Shown: one piece after another, positions 1 to 12,460 of the stretch
Layout: each line of letters begins with the position of its first letter
Position numbering within the stretch: the stretch's first letter is position 1
Origin: Leucoraja ocellata
Lineage: Eukaryota
Assembly (NCBI GenBank): GCA_036785375.1
Contig: JAWMAR010000632.1
Location: 496,001-560,000, forward strand
Direction of reading: 5' to 3'
DNA length: 64,000 nt
Notes under the pieces: generated by a model
What the model saw: only the letters and a program-made list of their open reading frames with translations
Database searches by the model: none
What the model was told of the DNA's origin: nothing
Translations under genes and position numbers: made by a program

Positions 1-315
1 CGTCTACTCCGCCATTCAATCATGACTGATCCATCCTTCCCCCTCATATCTTCATTCTTCTGCCTTCTCCCCATAATCCCTGATACCCTTACTAATCAAG
101 AACCTTTCAATCTCCGTTTTTTAAATATCCATTGGCTTGGCCTCCACAGCAGTCGGTGACAATGAATTCTACAGATGCAACATCCTTTGACTAAAGAAAT
201 TCCTCCTCATCTTCTTTCTGAAGGTATGACCTTCTATTCTGAGGCTATGCCCTCTGGTCCTAGACTCTCCCACTAGTGGAAACTTCCTCATCACATTCAC
301 TCTATTCAGGCCTTG
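1..315 (-). mobile_element. CR1/HER1-like LINE 3' fragment
   Basis: Minus strand carries degenerate ORF2 C-terminus (FPLVGESRTRGHSLRI motif) and 3' UTR, as in the other CR1 copies here. Confidence 0.8.
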
Positions 316-692
316 TCAACCACCATTGCTGGGGCTGAGAAGAATAAATTTATTTTACTAACCTTTATTTTACAACTGCAACAAAACATCAAAAATGTAT
401 GAAGAATATCACTTTGATGTTCTTTCAGGCAATCGCAAAGAGTAAAGTTCTCTACAATACATATGTTGGGAATTAAAATTACACTTTTTTGTTATCACAA
501 TATCTGATGATGAGATTACTTTGGTTGAGGGATACAGCATGGAAACAAGTCCTTCGGGACACCTAGTCCACAATGACCATTGATGACCCATTCACATACT
601 ATGTTATGTTTTCCCACTTTCTCATCCACTCCCTACACAATCAAGCAATTTGTTGAGGCCAGTTAACCTACAGACCCGCACGTCTTCAGAAT

Positions 693-1345
693 AGATAAAT
701 GTGAGGTTATCCACTTTGGTGGCAAAAACAAGGGGGCAGATTATTATCTCTATGAGGTTAGATTAGGTTAGGTAAGGGGTAGGTGCAGCGAGACCTGGGC
801 ATCCTTGTACATCGGTCACTGAAAGTTGACTTACAGGTACAGCAGGCAGTAATGAAAGCTAATGGAATGTTGGCCTTCATTACAAGAGGATTTCAGTATA
901 GGTTCTCCTGCAGTTGTATAGAGCTCTGGTGAGACCACATCTAGAGTATTGTGTACAGTTTTCGTCTCCTAATTTGAGGAAGGACATCCTTGTGATTGAG
1001 GCAGTGCAGCGTAGGTTCACGAGATTGATCCCTGGGATGGCAGGACTGTCATATGAGGAAATATTGAAAAGACTAGGCTTGTATTCACTGGGGATTAGAA
1101 GGATGAGGGGGCATCTTATAGAAACATATAAAATTATAAAAGGACTGGATCACAAGTCACTGGATGGATTTAAGAGAGAGTTAGATAGAGCTCTAGGGGC
1201 TAGTGGAGTCAAGGGATATGGGGAGAAGGCAAGCACGGGTTATTGATAGGGGACGATCAACCATGACGACAATGAAGGCGGTGCTGGCTCGAAGGGCCGA
1301 ATGGCCTCCTCCTGCACCTATTTTCTATGTTTCTATTTTCTATGA
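693..1345 (+). mobile_element. CR1-like LINE 3' fragment (ORF2 C-terminus, degenerate)
   Basis: ORF 914-1246 YRALVRPHLEYCVQFSSPNLRKDI...RRFTRLIPGM; tail cctcctgcacctattttctatgtttctat. Confidence 0.9.
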
Positions 1346-1562
1346 TGTGGGAGGAAACTGGAGCAGCAGGGTTGACGTTCACACTCCCCAGAGACAGCAT
1401 CCGAGGTCAGGATCGAAGGCGGATTGAAGGCACCCTGAGGCAGCAGCTCTACCAGTTGTACCACTGTGCTGCCCATAACAACAATATTTACCCTGTGCTA
1501 TCCAGATATTCATTCCTGATGTGCTGCAGGAGGCTCAATCTGACCCTGTGTGTGATACCAGG

Positions 1563-1795
1563 AGCGGCGCGGTAAAGGAACACCAGAGACCCAGGTTCGA
1601 TCCTGACTACGCGTGCTATCTCTATGTTCTCCCTATAGCAACGTGGGGTTTCTCCAGTTGCTGTGGTTTCTTCCCGCACTCCAAAGACATATTATTTCGT
1701 AGATTAATTGACTGCGGTAAAATTGAAAATGATCCCCAATGTGTAGGTTGAGAGTCATGTACGGGGTAATCACTGGTTGGTGCTATCTTGGTCCA
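1563..1795 (+). mobile_element. tRNA-derived V-SINE (HE1-like)
   Basis: B-box ggttcgatcc, V-domain-like gttctccc..gtggggtttctcc..ggtttcttcccgcactccaaagac. Confidence 0.8.
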
Positions 1796-2060
1796 TACAG
1801 CATGAAAACAGGCCCTTCGCCCCAACTTGCCCATGCCGACCAACATTCCCCACCTACACTAGTCTCACATATCTGTGTTAAGCCTATATACCTCTGAACC
1901 TATTGTATCCATATGCCTGTTCAAATGTTTCTTAAACATTTGATAGTACCAGTCTCCACTATCTCCTCCAGCAGCTCGTTCCATATACCTACCACACATG
2001 TTGTAAAAACGTTACCCTCCAGCTTCCTATTAAATCTTCACTCCCCTCTCCTGTTCTTTG
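1796..2060 (-). mobile_element. CR1/HER1-like 3' tail fragment
   Basis: aaacaggcccttcgcccaacttgcccatgccgacc...ccagcagctcgttccata, same tail as 13850-14270 and 29670-30020. Confidence 0.7.
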
Positions 2061-2699
2061 AACATGTTTTCTTCGTCTGACACATTTTTGTTTCCTTTTC
2101 ATCCCCAGCTTTTGTATCTTCCTCCACCCATGTGCCTATCAACATGTGCCTATCAACCATGCTGTATCCCTTTAAATTCAGGTGAATTGTGTCTCCATTT
2201 AGATGAATGAGGTGGGGGTGAAGTTGCAGATTGAAAGAGAAGGGAGTTAAACCTATGAACAAAATTGTATGACAAAGAATAGGATGCAAAGATTGGAACA
2301 TGGGATACAAGGAGACACAAGAGACTGCGGATGCTGGATCCTTGAGTGAGAAATAAAACGTGCTAGTAGGCCAGGCAGCACCTGTGGAGATAAGGGTCAG
2401 GACACTTCTTCAGACTGTCCTGAAAATGCAGGAAACTGAATTTTCCAAACAATTAACTTAATGATTTCAAAGTTATAATGCCCCTTTTGACTTACTTCTG
2501 TAAATTAATTTCAATCATATTCATGGGCAAAATTTGCATTTATAATGACAGCAAAACTGCCTTAACACATCATCCCTGCTTTGTTAAGCTGACAACAAAT
2601 TCCAGCAACTGCATTTGCACAGTTGAAAATGGAAATTGCTGCCACAGGAATCCTGCTCTTCCACACTGCACACAGTTGCAGATTTTGCAGCTGCCATCA

Positions 2700-3138
2700 A
2701 CATACTGATCTTTCTGTCCAGGGCCTCCTCCACTATCAGTGAGGCCAAAGGGAATTTTGAGGAACAGCACCTCATATTTTGCTTAGGCAGCTTCCAACCC
2801 AGCGGTATGAATATTGATTTCTTTAATTTTAAGTAACCCGTACATTCCCACTCCCTCTGTCCCTCCCCCACCCTTGTCATCCTGCTTAGTTTCACTCCTT
2901 ATCACATTCTCCACAGCCAACAATGGACCATTGTGGGTTCCACATTTCCTTGATCATCATTGCTGGCTTTGATTTGTCCCTTTGCATACCTTACATTCAT
3001 TTGTTCTTTGTACCTTTTTTATATCTCTAGATCACCTGACCATCAGTCTAAAGAAGGGTCTCGACCCGAAATGTCACCTATTCCTTTTCTCCAGAGATGC
3101 TGCCTGACCCGCAGAGTTACTCCAGGATGTTGTGTCTC
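2700..3138 (+). mobile_element. Penelope-like element (Neptune-type) 3' fragment: GIY-YIG C-terminus plus pLTR with hammerhead remnant
   Basis: EEQHLIFCLGSFQPSGMNIDF.NFK* then cagtctaaagaagggtctcgacccgaaatgtcacc and the gatgctgcctgacc..gagttactccag terminus. Confidence 0.85.
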
Positions 3139-3157
3139 TTAAAGGATTATTCAATCT

Positions 3158-3546
3158 GTGCAAAGAAATAGAAGCTGGAAGAACTCAGTAGGCCAAGCAG
3201 CTGGAGAAAAGGAATAGGTGACGTTTCAGGTAGAGCCCATGTTTTAGACAGAGAGTCAGGGGATAGGGAAACGAGAGATATGAAAAGGACCTTAGGGTAA
3301 ATGGATGAAAGGGATGCAAAAAGACAAACAAAACCAGCAATGGTGATCAAGGAAAGGTGCAGCCCACAATGACCCATCGTTATTTGTGGAGAAAGTGAAA
3401 ACGAGTGATACAAACAATGAAACTTAGGCTGACAGTGAAACTAGTATGACGACTAGGGTGCGGGAGAGATGGAGAAAGAGAGGGGATGCAAGGGTTACTT
3501 GGTTAGAGAAATCAATATACATACCGCCGGGTTGTAAGATGCCCAA
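3158..3546 (-). mobile_element. Penelope-like element 3' fragment, inverted relative to 2700-3138
   Basis: Minus strand LGILQPGGMYIDFSNQ; pLTR ggagaaaaggaataggtgacgtttcagg. Confidence 0.8.
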
Positions 3547-3817
3547 CTTCTTAAATCCTGATTTTTTGCAAATAACAACATTGACTGTCCATCTGAATGA
3601 AATGCATCTATTTTTCACATCATACTGAGGCATGATCATGACTGAACAGCCTCTCTAGCTCTGGGAAGTTTCTTTCATTGTCTAAGAACACATCTTCAAA
3701 AAAATCAATACATTAGAAAATTTGTGATAAATGTTATATCATGAAGTAATTGTTTTTACTTCAGTATCTCTTTGGTTGCTCAGGATGTTTGATGCTTGAA
3801 TTTCTGTCTGCTTTGTT

Positions 3818-4005
3818 GTCACCTTCTCCTAGCTAACAATGGTCTTTTCCTTGATCTGCTGCTCTTTTGATCTCTTACGCTTTCATATCCCTGTAACTCC
3901 CTCTGCCCTGTCGTTGTCAGAAGAAGGGTCTGGACCCGAACGTCATCCATTCCTTCTATCCAGAGATGTTGCCTGTCCTGCTGAGTTACTCCAGGATTTG
4001 TGTTC
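3818..4005 (+). mobile_element. Penelope pLTR fragment with hammerhead remnant
   Basis: cagaagaagggtctggacccgaacgtcatcc...gttgcctgtcctgctgagttactccagg. Confidence 0.75.
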
Positions 4006-4404
4006 TTGATGACCGCAATGCTCCTGGATGCCACTGATCCCCTGCAGATGGCACCAGCATCAAAGGAACATTAGAAAAGGCAATGTGCACACAAAAAGCC
4101 CATCATATCTTTGTGTGTCGCTTCCCTCAAGGTCAAAAGCAAGTATCATCGGTTCATCACCGACTCAAAAATTTAGGCCAACAAGTTGTGTTGAAAATCG
4201 TGAATCAAATATAATTTGATAAATTGAAAAAAAATTGCATTTTGCATAACTAAAAACATTAGCTTCCCACATCAGCAGAAGAGTCATTTAAAGTCATACT
4301 GCACTGAAACAGGCCCTTAGGCCCAACTAGTCCATTCTTACCAAGTGCCACACCAAGTACATACTTAGTACACAGTATACTAAGCACGTCTCATTTGCCT
4401 GTAA

Positions 4405-4880
4405 GATAGACACAAAATGCTGGAGTAACTCAGCGGGACAAGCAGCATCTCTGGAGAGAAGGAATGGGTGGCATTTCAGGTCGAGACCCTTCTTCAGACT
4501 GAGAGTCATGGGAAAGGGAAGCTAGAGATATGGATGGGCAAAGTGTGAAAACAACAGATCCAAGCAGAGGTTGATCAAGGAAATGTAGAATGGTTCATTG
4601 TTGGCTGAGCAAAATATGAGGTGCTGTTCCTCCAATCTGTGATTGGCATCACTTGGACAGTGGAGGAAGCCAAGGACAGAAAGGTCAGTGTGGGAATGGG
4701 AAGGGGAGTTAAAGTGTTTGGCACTTTGCCATCCATATCTCTAACTTCCTTCTCCCATGACTCTCAGTCTGAAGAAACGTCTCGACCTGAAACGTCACAC
4801 ATTCCTTCTCTCCAGAGATGCTGCCTGTTACTCCAGCATTTTGCGTCTACCTTCGGTGTAAACCAGCATCTGCAGTTCCC
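4405..4880. mobile_element. Penelope-like insertion with two inverted pLTRs, nested in a CR1-type tail
   Basis: Minus-strand pLTR plus GIY-YIG C-terminus (4405-4720), then plus-strand pLTR (4730-4880); flanks ctcatttgcctgt / ctcacttgcatgt resemble a ~13-bp TSD. Confidence 0.75.
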
Positions 4881-5094
4881 TACTCACTTGCATGTGTTTG
4901 ATCCATATCCCTCCAAAAAATTTCTATCCATATACCTGTCCAATTTTTTTAAAATGTTGATATTGTCAACTTTATCTGACAGAATGTTCCATATACAGGT
5001 ACCACCAACCTCTGAGTATAAAACATGCCCCTCAGGTCCTATTTAAATATTTCCCCTCTTGCTTTAAACCTCCATCCTCTAGTCCTTCATTTAA

Positions 5095-5390
5095 TGATAT
5101 AGCATGAAAACAGCCCTTTGGCCCACCGAGTCCACACCGACCATGAATCATTGGTTCACACTAGTTCTATTTTAGCCCACTTTTGCATCTATTCCCAACA
5201 CACTAGGGGCAATTTACACAGGCCAATTAACCTTCAACTCCGCACAGCTTTGCGATATGGGTGGAAACTGGAGCACCTGGAGGAAACCCAAGTGGTCTCA
5301 GGGAGAATGTGTACCAGAGATCAGGATCGGACTTGGGTCTTTGGCACTGTGATGCAGCAGCTCTACCAGCTGCGCCGCTGTATCGCCCAT
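5095..5390 (-). mobile_element. HE1-like SINE
   Basis: aaacagccctttggcccaccgagtcc...ggcactgtgatgcagcagctctacc. Confidence 0.8.
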
Positions 5391-5714
5391 TTAGTTATTT
5401 TACTTCCAGTGTCCCAGCCACTATGTGTCCCTCAACCAATATTATAAATTCAAGATCACCTGCTAATGATCATAGGATTTGTGGGATCTTGAGGTGTACA
5501 ATTTGGCTCACAAATCTTATACAGTTGGCACACCGCACCTCACACTGTAAGTTGTTTATCCAAGTGAACAGAGAGTGATGGGTACCTGGAACGCACTAGC
5601 AGGCATGGTGATGGAAGCAGATGCAGTAGTGGCATTTAAGAGATTTTTAATTATACACAGATAGATTTGCAGAGAGTGCAAAGAGTGGAGGGCTGTGAAT
5701 TGTTAATTCATAAG

Positions 5715-6085
5715 CTCATGTTCATTAGTTATAGGAGCAGAATCAGGCCATTTGGCCCATCAAGTTACTCCGCTATTCAATCATGGCTGATTTATCCTCC
5801 CCTCTCAACCCCATTCTTCTGCCTTCTTCCCATAACCTGACACCCTTACTAATCTAGAATCTGTCAATCTCTGTCTTAAAAATATCCATTGACTTGGCCT
5901 CCACAGCTGTCTGTGGCAATGAATTCCACAGATTCACCACCCTCTGACTACAAAAATTCTTCCCCATCTTTCTAAAGGTACATCCTTTTATTCTGAGGGT
6001 ATGACCTCTGGTCTTAGACTCTCCCACTAGTGGAAACATCCTCTCCACATGCACTCTATCCAGACCTTTCACTATTCAGTAAGTT
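5715..6085 (-). mobile_element. CR1-like LINE 3' fragment
   Basis: ORF 5854-6072 MKGLDRVHVERMFPLVGESKTRGH...RVVNLWNSLPQ. Confidence 0.9.
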
Positions 6086-6564
6086 AGAGGTAACAGAGGA
6101 GATTAATTTAACTTGGCATCATGTTCAGCATGCAGTACTGTTCTATATTCTATGATCAAGTGATTCGACCACTAAAAGCAACACTGAAATGATTCCTTTA
6201 GTTGCATTCTCTACCAAAGTTTTGCAGATCAAATATCAATCGATTTAGAGTTTGTATGGACGCAAGCACAAAGGACACATGAAATTTGGCAGCAAAAGGT
6301 TTTTGATTCAGTGACCTGCTCTCAGAGACCAGTCTTGCCAGCATTATTAATGTGCTACATACTTTGTGGTTGCAGTTGAAATGCCTTGAGCATCCTAATT
6401 TATACCTATATGCATGTTATATGCATATGTAATATATGCATGACGATTCCACCTCCGTGCATCAGTCACCTGCAATAATTATAAGTTGCCTTATCTGTCG
6501 ATAAAATTGCACGTACAAAATAACTGTTTGGAAACTTGCTTGTAATGCCATAATAGAACAATAA

Positions 6565-6840
6565 AGTTGCTGCCTTACAGTGTCAGTGACCTGGGTTCGA
6601 TCCTGACTAAGAGTGCTGTCTGTACGGAGTTTGTTCGTTCTCCCTGTGACCGTGTGGGTTTTCTCCAGGTGCTCCGGTTTCCTCCCACACTCCAAAGACA
6701 GGTTTGTCAGTTAATTGGCTATGGTACTTTGTAAAATGATCCCTAGTGTGTGTAGGTTAGTGCATGGGGTGATTGCTGGTCAGCGCGGACTCAGTGGGCC
6801 TGTTTCCAGGTGGTATTTTTGAAGTCTAAAGTAAAGTCTT
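6565..6840 (+). mobile_element. HE1-like SINE
   Basis: gttgctgccttacag..gggttcgatcctgact..V domain; tail gtctaaagtaaagtc. Confidence 0.85.
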
Positions 6841-6889
6841 CCCTTTTATTTTACTTTACTGGCCGGATTCGCGGTTGTTATTAGTCTGG

Positions 6890-7185
6890 GGACACAACGT
6901 TTGAAACAGGCCCTTCGGCCCATGGAATCCACACCGACAGGTGATTGCCACATTCTATTCTACGCACACTAGTTCTATCCTGCACACTAGGGACAATTTT
7001 CAGAAGCCAATTAACCTACAAACCTGCACATCTTTTGAAACGCTGAAGGAAACCAGAGCACCCGATAAAACCCCACGCGGTCACAGGGTGAATGCACAAA
7101 CTGAATACAGATAGCGCCCTTAGTCAGAATGGAACTTGGGTCTCAGGATCTGTAAGATAAACTCTACCGCAGCCCCACAGGGCCA
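6890..7185 (-). mobile_element. HE1-like SINE (tail-to-tail with 6565-6840)
   Basis: Reverse complement of the same SINE consensus. Confidence 0.8.
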
Positions 7186-7875
7186 TCCAATAATAAATTA
7201 TTAATATGCAGACGTTTTAGTTAAAAAAATTATTTGTTGAAAAAAATTGCACCCTTATTTTTGAAAGTATTTATTGTCATGGCCTTCTGTGTCCACTGTA
7301 TTCACGTGATCATAGATAAAGGACATTGTGCTTTAAAAATACATTGATAAAGACACTGATGTGAAGGGCAAGCTGGACATCACTGACTTTTGAAATAGAG
7401 CAACTCTGACCTGAAGATCTCACCATGACTAATTTTAAATCCATATGGCCTGGACAATCTTTCTTGTCAATTCACACCTTTGGTGTGAAACTCAAGCTCA
7501 CACTCTAGGTTCACTAAATCTAACACAAACTGCTCCACTTCAAAAGCAGATTTCCAAAGTTCTTGACAGATGACTCAGTGGGAGAGAGACCAGCTACTCA
7601 TCAGTGTCAAATGTACTTCTGTGATTCAGTTTGAGGTTTTAATCAAAGGGATTGAAACTTGTGGGGGAGCAGTGTGTAAGAATTCCCCAGCTACCACACA
7701 AAACCCAACTTCTCTTGTTAATTTAGAGTCAGTCTGAAGAAGGGTCCCGACCAAAAAGGTCCAGAGATGTTGCCTGACTCGCTGAGTTACTCCAGCACTT
7801 TGTGCCTTCTCTTGTTAATTCTTTTATATATTAAGTAATATTCAGTTTCTGAAGTTTTAAACTCCACTCTGCTAT

Positions 7876-8160
7876 GTGGGTGGCACAGTGGTAGAGCTGC
7901 AGCCTTACAGCGAGTTCGATCCTGACCACGGGTGGTGTCTGTATGAATTTACACATTCACTCCATGACCACGTGGATTTGATCCGGATGTTCCAGTTTCC
8001 TCCCACACTTCAAAGACATACAGGCGTAGATAAATTGGCTTCTGTAAATTGTCACCTAGTGTGCAGGATAGAACTAGTGTACAGTTGATCACTAGTCAGC
8101 AAGGGCTTGATGGGCCGAAGGGCCTGTTTCCACACTGTATCTCAAAAACTAAACTAAACC
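7876..8160 (+). mobile_element. HE1-like SINE
   Basis: gggtggcacagtggtagagctg head; (aaact)n tail. Confidence 0.85.
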
Positions 8161-8528
8161 TCACTGAAAAATATGTTGCCTAACCAACTGGGCATTGACC
8201 TTATTCTTTGCTTTTATTTCAGATTTGCAGCTTGTTCAGCATTTTGTTCTTTATTTCATAAAAACAAACCACTTGTGTCTGATTTGGCTTTTACCTGCCG
8301 TGACCAACAACAACATTCTCCAGCAGCACCGAACTATTGGGCAGGTAAAACTCAATTGCCCAGCAATTCGCTCAAGTGGCTCCGTTTTCAAATTCTACGT
8401 GCCTGAAATAAAGAGAACGGAGGCGAAAATAGTTTGTCCATGAATTCTCTCAGGACTAGAATATAATGAAGATGACTTCTGTGCTGAATTGCACCTCTCG
8501 AGAAATTTAACCTCCATCTGAGAATTCT

Positions 8529-8830
8529 GTTTAGTTTAGTTCAGAGATACAATGTCAAAACAGGCTTACACTGAGTCCACGCCGACCATCGATCGCCCAT
8601 GCACTGGTTCCATGCTGTCCCATTTTTGCATCCTACACCACAGGGACAGTTTACAGAGGCCAATAAACCTACAGACCTGCATGTCTTTGGAATGTGGGAG
8701 AAAACTGGAGCACGAGAGAACTCACATGGTGCCTGGGAGAAGGTACAAACTCCATACAGACAATACCCATAATCAGGGTTGAACCTGGATCTCTGGAGTT
8801 GGAATGCAGCAGCTCTACCTGCGCTGCCTT
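8529..8830 (-). mobile_element. HE1-like SINE
   Basis: gtttagtttagttcagagatac tail; V-domain and head on minus strand. Confidence 0.85.
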
Positions 8831-9469
8831 CAAGAAAGGATGAAAAAAATGTTTCCACCTCAGATGTGGACATGATGCCATCACTTTCAATGGGTCTCAG
8901 GTGCTAATCAATCTTTGAAGCCGATTACCTACAACTTATACAGATGGTATCATGAGCATTAATTTGGTATATGGATAAACATATCTCTGTGGATGTTGTA
9001 GAATTACTAGCCCACTATATTTTCGTCTGGTAATAAAGACATTACCATGGTTCTATCAAAATGTTTTCTTCAACAACAACCTTCACTAAACAATATTGTT
9101 TCGGTCTGCCCACTGATGAATAAGTCATTACTGCTACCATCAATATTGCTTTAAACTGAAATTTTCTTTCATTCACTCTTTGTATCAATTGAGACTTAAC
9201 TGCAGGAAACGTAGAAGGGTCCCGACCCGAAACATCGCCCATCCTTTTTCTCCAGAAGTTCTGCACTACCTGCTAACTTACTCCAGCATTTTGTGTCTAT
9301 CTTTGATGTGAACCAGCATCTGCAGATCTTTGTTTCTCAAAGACTTGTCACTTTATTTTCCTTTATGGCAATCTGTGTTGCTTATTCCCTCATCTGCTCT
9401 TAAGTCTGATCCACCTTTAGGAGTTAGGAGATGCCATTCTCTCCCGAAGGAATGTTTACAGATTTATTA

Positions 9470-10480
9470 TAGAACTGTACGGTGCAGGAACAGGTGCATC
9501 AGCATACCATGTCCATGCCGAACATGATGCCAAGACAACCTAATCTCCTCTGCCTGCACATCATCCAAATCCATCAATTACTTGTGTTTCTATGCGTCTA
9601 TCTGAAAGCCTCTTAAATGCCACCATCTATCTGCCGCCACCACCATTACCCCTGGCAGCGCTGTTCTTTAGGTGTTGCTCCTCTTACCTTGAAGATATGC
9701 CCTCTCCTCTTTGACATTTTCATAGCAACATAGAAAATAGGTGCAGGAATAGACCTTTCGGCCCTTCAAGCCAGCACCGTCATTCAATATGATCATGGCT
9801 GATCAGCCAAAATCAGTCCTGTTCCTGCGTTTCCCCCATAATCCTCGATTCCGTTAGCCCCAAGAGCTAAATCTAACTCTCTCTTGAAAACATCCAGTGA
9901 CTTGGTCTCCACTGCCTTCTGTGGCAGAGAATTCCACATATTCACAACCCTCCGGGTGAAAAGGTTTTTCCTCATCTCAGTCTTAAATGGCCTACCCCTT
10001 ATTCTTAAACTGTAACCCCTGGTTCTGGTCACCCGAAGAAGTAGGTCCTGACAGTCTACTCCATCGATGCCTCTCCTAATTTTCGTTCCTTCTCTCAGGT
10101 CTCTGCTCAACCTCCAATGTTCCAGAGAAAACAATTTCACTTTGTCCAAATACCCTGTATTTCCAGGCATTATTCTAGTAAATGGGTCCACAACCCTTTC
10201 CAAAGCCTCAATATCATTCTTGTAATGAGATGACCGTAACTGCATGCAATACTCCAAACATGGTCTAACCAAAGTCCTATAAAGCAGCAACATGACTTGC
10301 AGACTTTTTTACTCAAGGCTCCAACAGATGAAGGCAAACATACCCTACACTTTCTTTACCACTCTATTAGTTTGTGTTGCTAGTTTCAGGGAGCTATAAA
10401 CTTGCCTCCCAAGATCCCCCTGGGAATTAGTGCAGTTAAGGGATGTGCCATTCACTCTATACTTACCCCTTATATTTAAC
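9470..10480 (-). mobile_element. Composite CR1-like LINE fragments (younger 3' end ~9720-10030 nested in an older copy)
   Basis: ORF 9793-10293 LYRTLVRPCLEYC...RVVNMWNSLPQ; tail catagaaaataggtgcagg. Confidence 0.8.
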
Positions 10481-10864
10481 AGCGAAAAGAGTAGATTAGA
10501 GAGAATGAAATGGAGGAATGGGCATGGTGAGATTATCGAGAGCTAATAGACTGAAACCCAAAGTGTTCCGATAGTTAAAGGAATCTGAGACTCAATGGGC
10601 AAACTATAAGGATAAGTTGCCGACAATTATTTTGTGAACTTCAGTGACTGTGCATGATTGTTTTAAATGAGCTTTTCCTCTACTCTACCAGGAATGCCTT
10701 TAAAAATAGGCTCGACTTTTAAATGAGATTAAGATGCTAATTTAAAATGGAGACACATGAACAGAGACCACGTGAAGCTAACTATGGTCTTGGAAAGTGC
10801 TCTGCCAGTAGAGAAGTATAAGGAAGCACTTAAATTATATTGGCACATTAAATACATCAGGATC

Positions 10865-11135
10865 TTTAGTTTAGTTTATTTTTGTCACATGTACCAAGGT
10901 GCCGTGAAAAGCTTTTTTGTTGCATGCTATCCAGACAGAGAGAAGACTGTACATGATTACAATCAAGCCGTCCACACTGTACAGTGTGATGTTCAACACT
11001 GGAAAAAGTCCAGTAAAGTCCGATTAAAAATGGTTCATAGGGTCTCCAATGATGTCGATGGGAGGTCAGGACTGGTTGAGTTGGTGCGAGGATGGCTCAA
11101 TTGCCTGATAACAGCTTGGAAGAAACTGTCCCAGA
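10865..11135 (-). mobile_element. Rex1/Babar-type LINE 3' tail fragment
   Basis: tgtcacatgtaccaaggtgccgtgaaaagcttt..catgattacaatcaagcc; the same tail follows a Rex1 C-terminus at 50880-51268 and recurs near 14275-14430 and 18985-19160. Confidence 0.65.
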
Positions 11136-11249
11136 ATATATTGCCAACAACAGCCAATATGTCCCACCTACACTAGTCCCACCTGCCTGCATTTGGGCCA
11201 TATTGTTCTAAACCTGTCCTATCCATGTACCTGTCTAAATGTCACTTAT

Positions 11250-11401
11250 GCCCCTGTCCCACTTAGGAAACCTGAACGGAAACCTCTGGAGACTTTGCGC
11301 CCCACCCAAGGTTTCCGTGCGGTTCCCGGAGGTTGCAGGTGGTTGCCGTAGGTTGCAGGTAGAGGAAGCAGGTAGGGAGACTGACACAAACCTCCGGGAA
11401 C
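11250..11401 (+). mobile_element. One-ended fragment of a non-autonomous TIR DNA transposon related to 15083-15786
   Basis: Starts gcccctgtcccacttagg, similar to TIR gggcctgtcccacttagg; ggttgc-type subrepeats. Confidence 0.55.
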
Positions 11402-12018
11402 TTCTGCTTCATTTTTATCCCCCCCAAATTGTATAAATCCTTGGATTTCAACTTAAATCAGATGATGCAGAAACAGTTTTAATGAAGAGACAGGTCCCAA
11501 GGGCCGTGAATGACTGGTTCAGATTCTTGATACTTGCAGAGAATGACAGTGTGTTCAATGCCCACCTGATATGATCTGCATTCTGAAAGGAAACGGGTTG
11601 TTGTTACAAATTAAGATTTTTTTTTGTTTTGGAACTGGGTTGGTTATAAGTATTAGTTATATAATTATTGTTTTTGATCGCACATTCATAGCTGTATCAA
11701 TTTCTAGCATGTAATAGCATTATGCGTGGAACATTATCAAGAAAATTGATGCAACGTTTACTTGCTATTAAAATTAAGAGAGGGGGGGAAAGCTAATCCT
11801 AACCTGTTTGGATCTAGTTGAGTTATCGGCCAGTTGTTCATTTAAGGAGGCTCCGAAATAAATAAAGATACATATTTTAAGTGTATATCTGCCAACAATT
11901 TGTCCATTCCAATAAATGCTCATAAAAGCAAAGATTTTGTGTATGGGGTGATCGTTGGATGGCACGGACTCAGAGGGCCTAGAGGCTTGTTTCACCGCGG
12001 TATTTTTAAAGTATAAAG

Positions 12019-12460
12019 CAGTGGTTCCCAACGTGGGGCGTACGCCCCACAGGGGGGCAATTTGATTTTTAAGGGGGGCAATTGAGCACGACTGAGGAGG
12101 TCTGGGTCCAAATTTTCGATTTTTATTTTTTTGGATTTTCCATCAGGTAAACATATGTAGTTTATGTTTCAGATGTTATTTTGAGTAAATTATTTTTTTT
12201 GGGTAAAAAAGGTTTTTATTGTGTAGTTATTACATAATCACCGCACCATCGCTCTTCATGCACGTCGCACGAAGCGTGTGAGGTCATGGGAGAACAGTAT
12301 TTATTGAATTGGATTTAGAAATGCGATTCAAAGAGCTTTTGCTAAGTTACCCTTATAATATCTATTTCCTCCGTTTTCTCTCAAGGGAAAGCAAGGGGGG
12401 GCATCAGGATTTTAGAGGTGATTAGGTGGGGCATGGCCAAAAAAAGTTTGGGAACCACTG
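12019..12460. mobile_element. hAT (Charlie-like) MITE
   Basis: TIRs CAGTGGTTCCCAA / TTGGGAACCACTG; 8-bp TSD gtataaag / gtctaaag (7 of 8 match). Confidence 0.85.
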
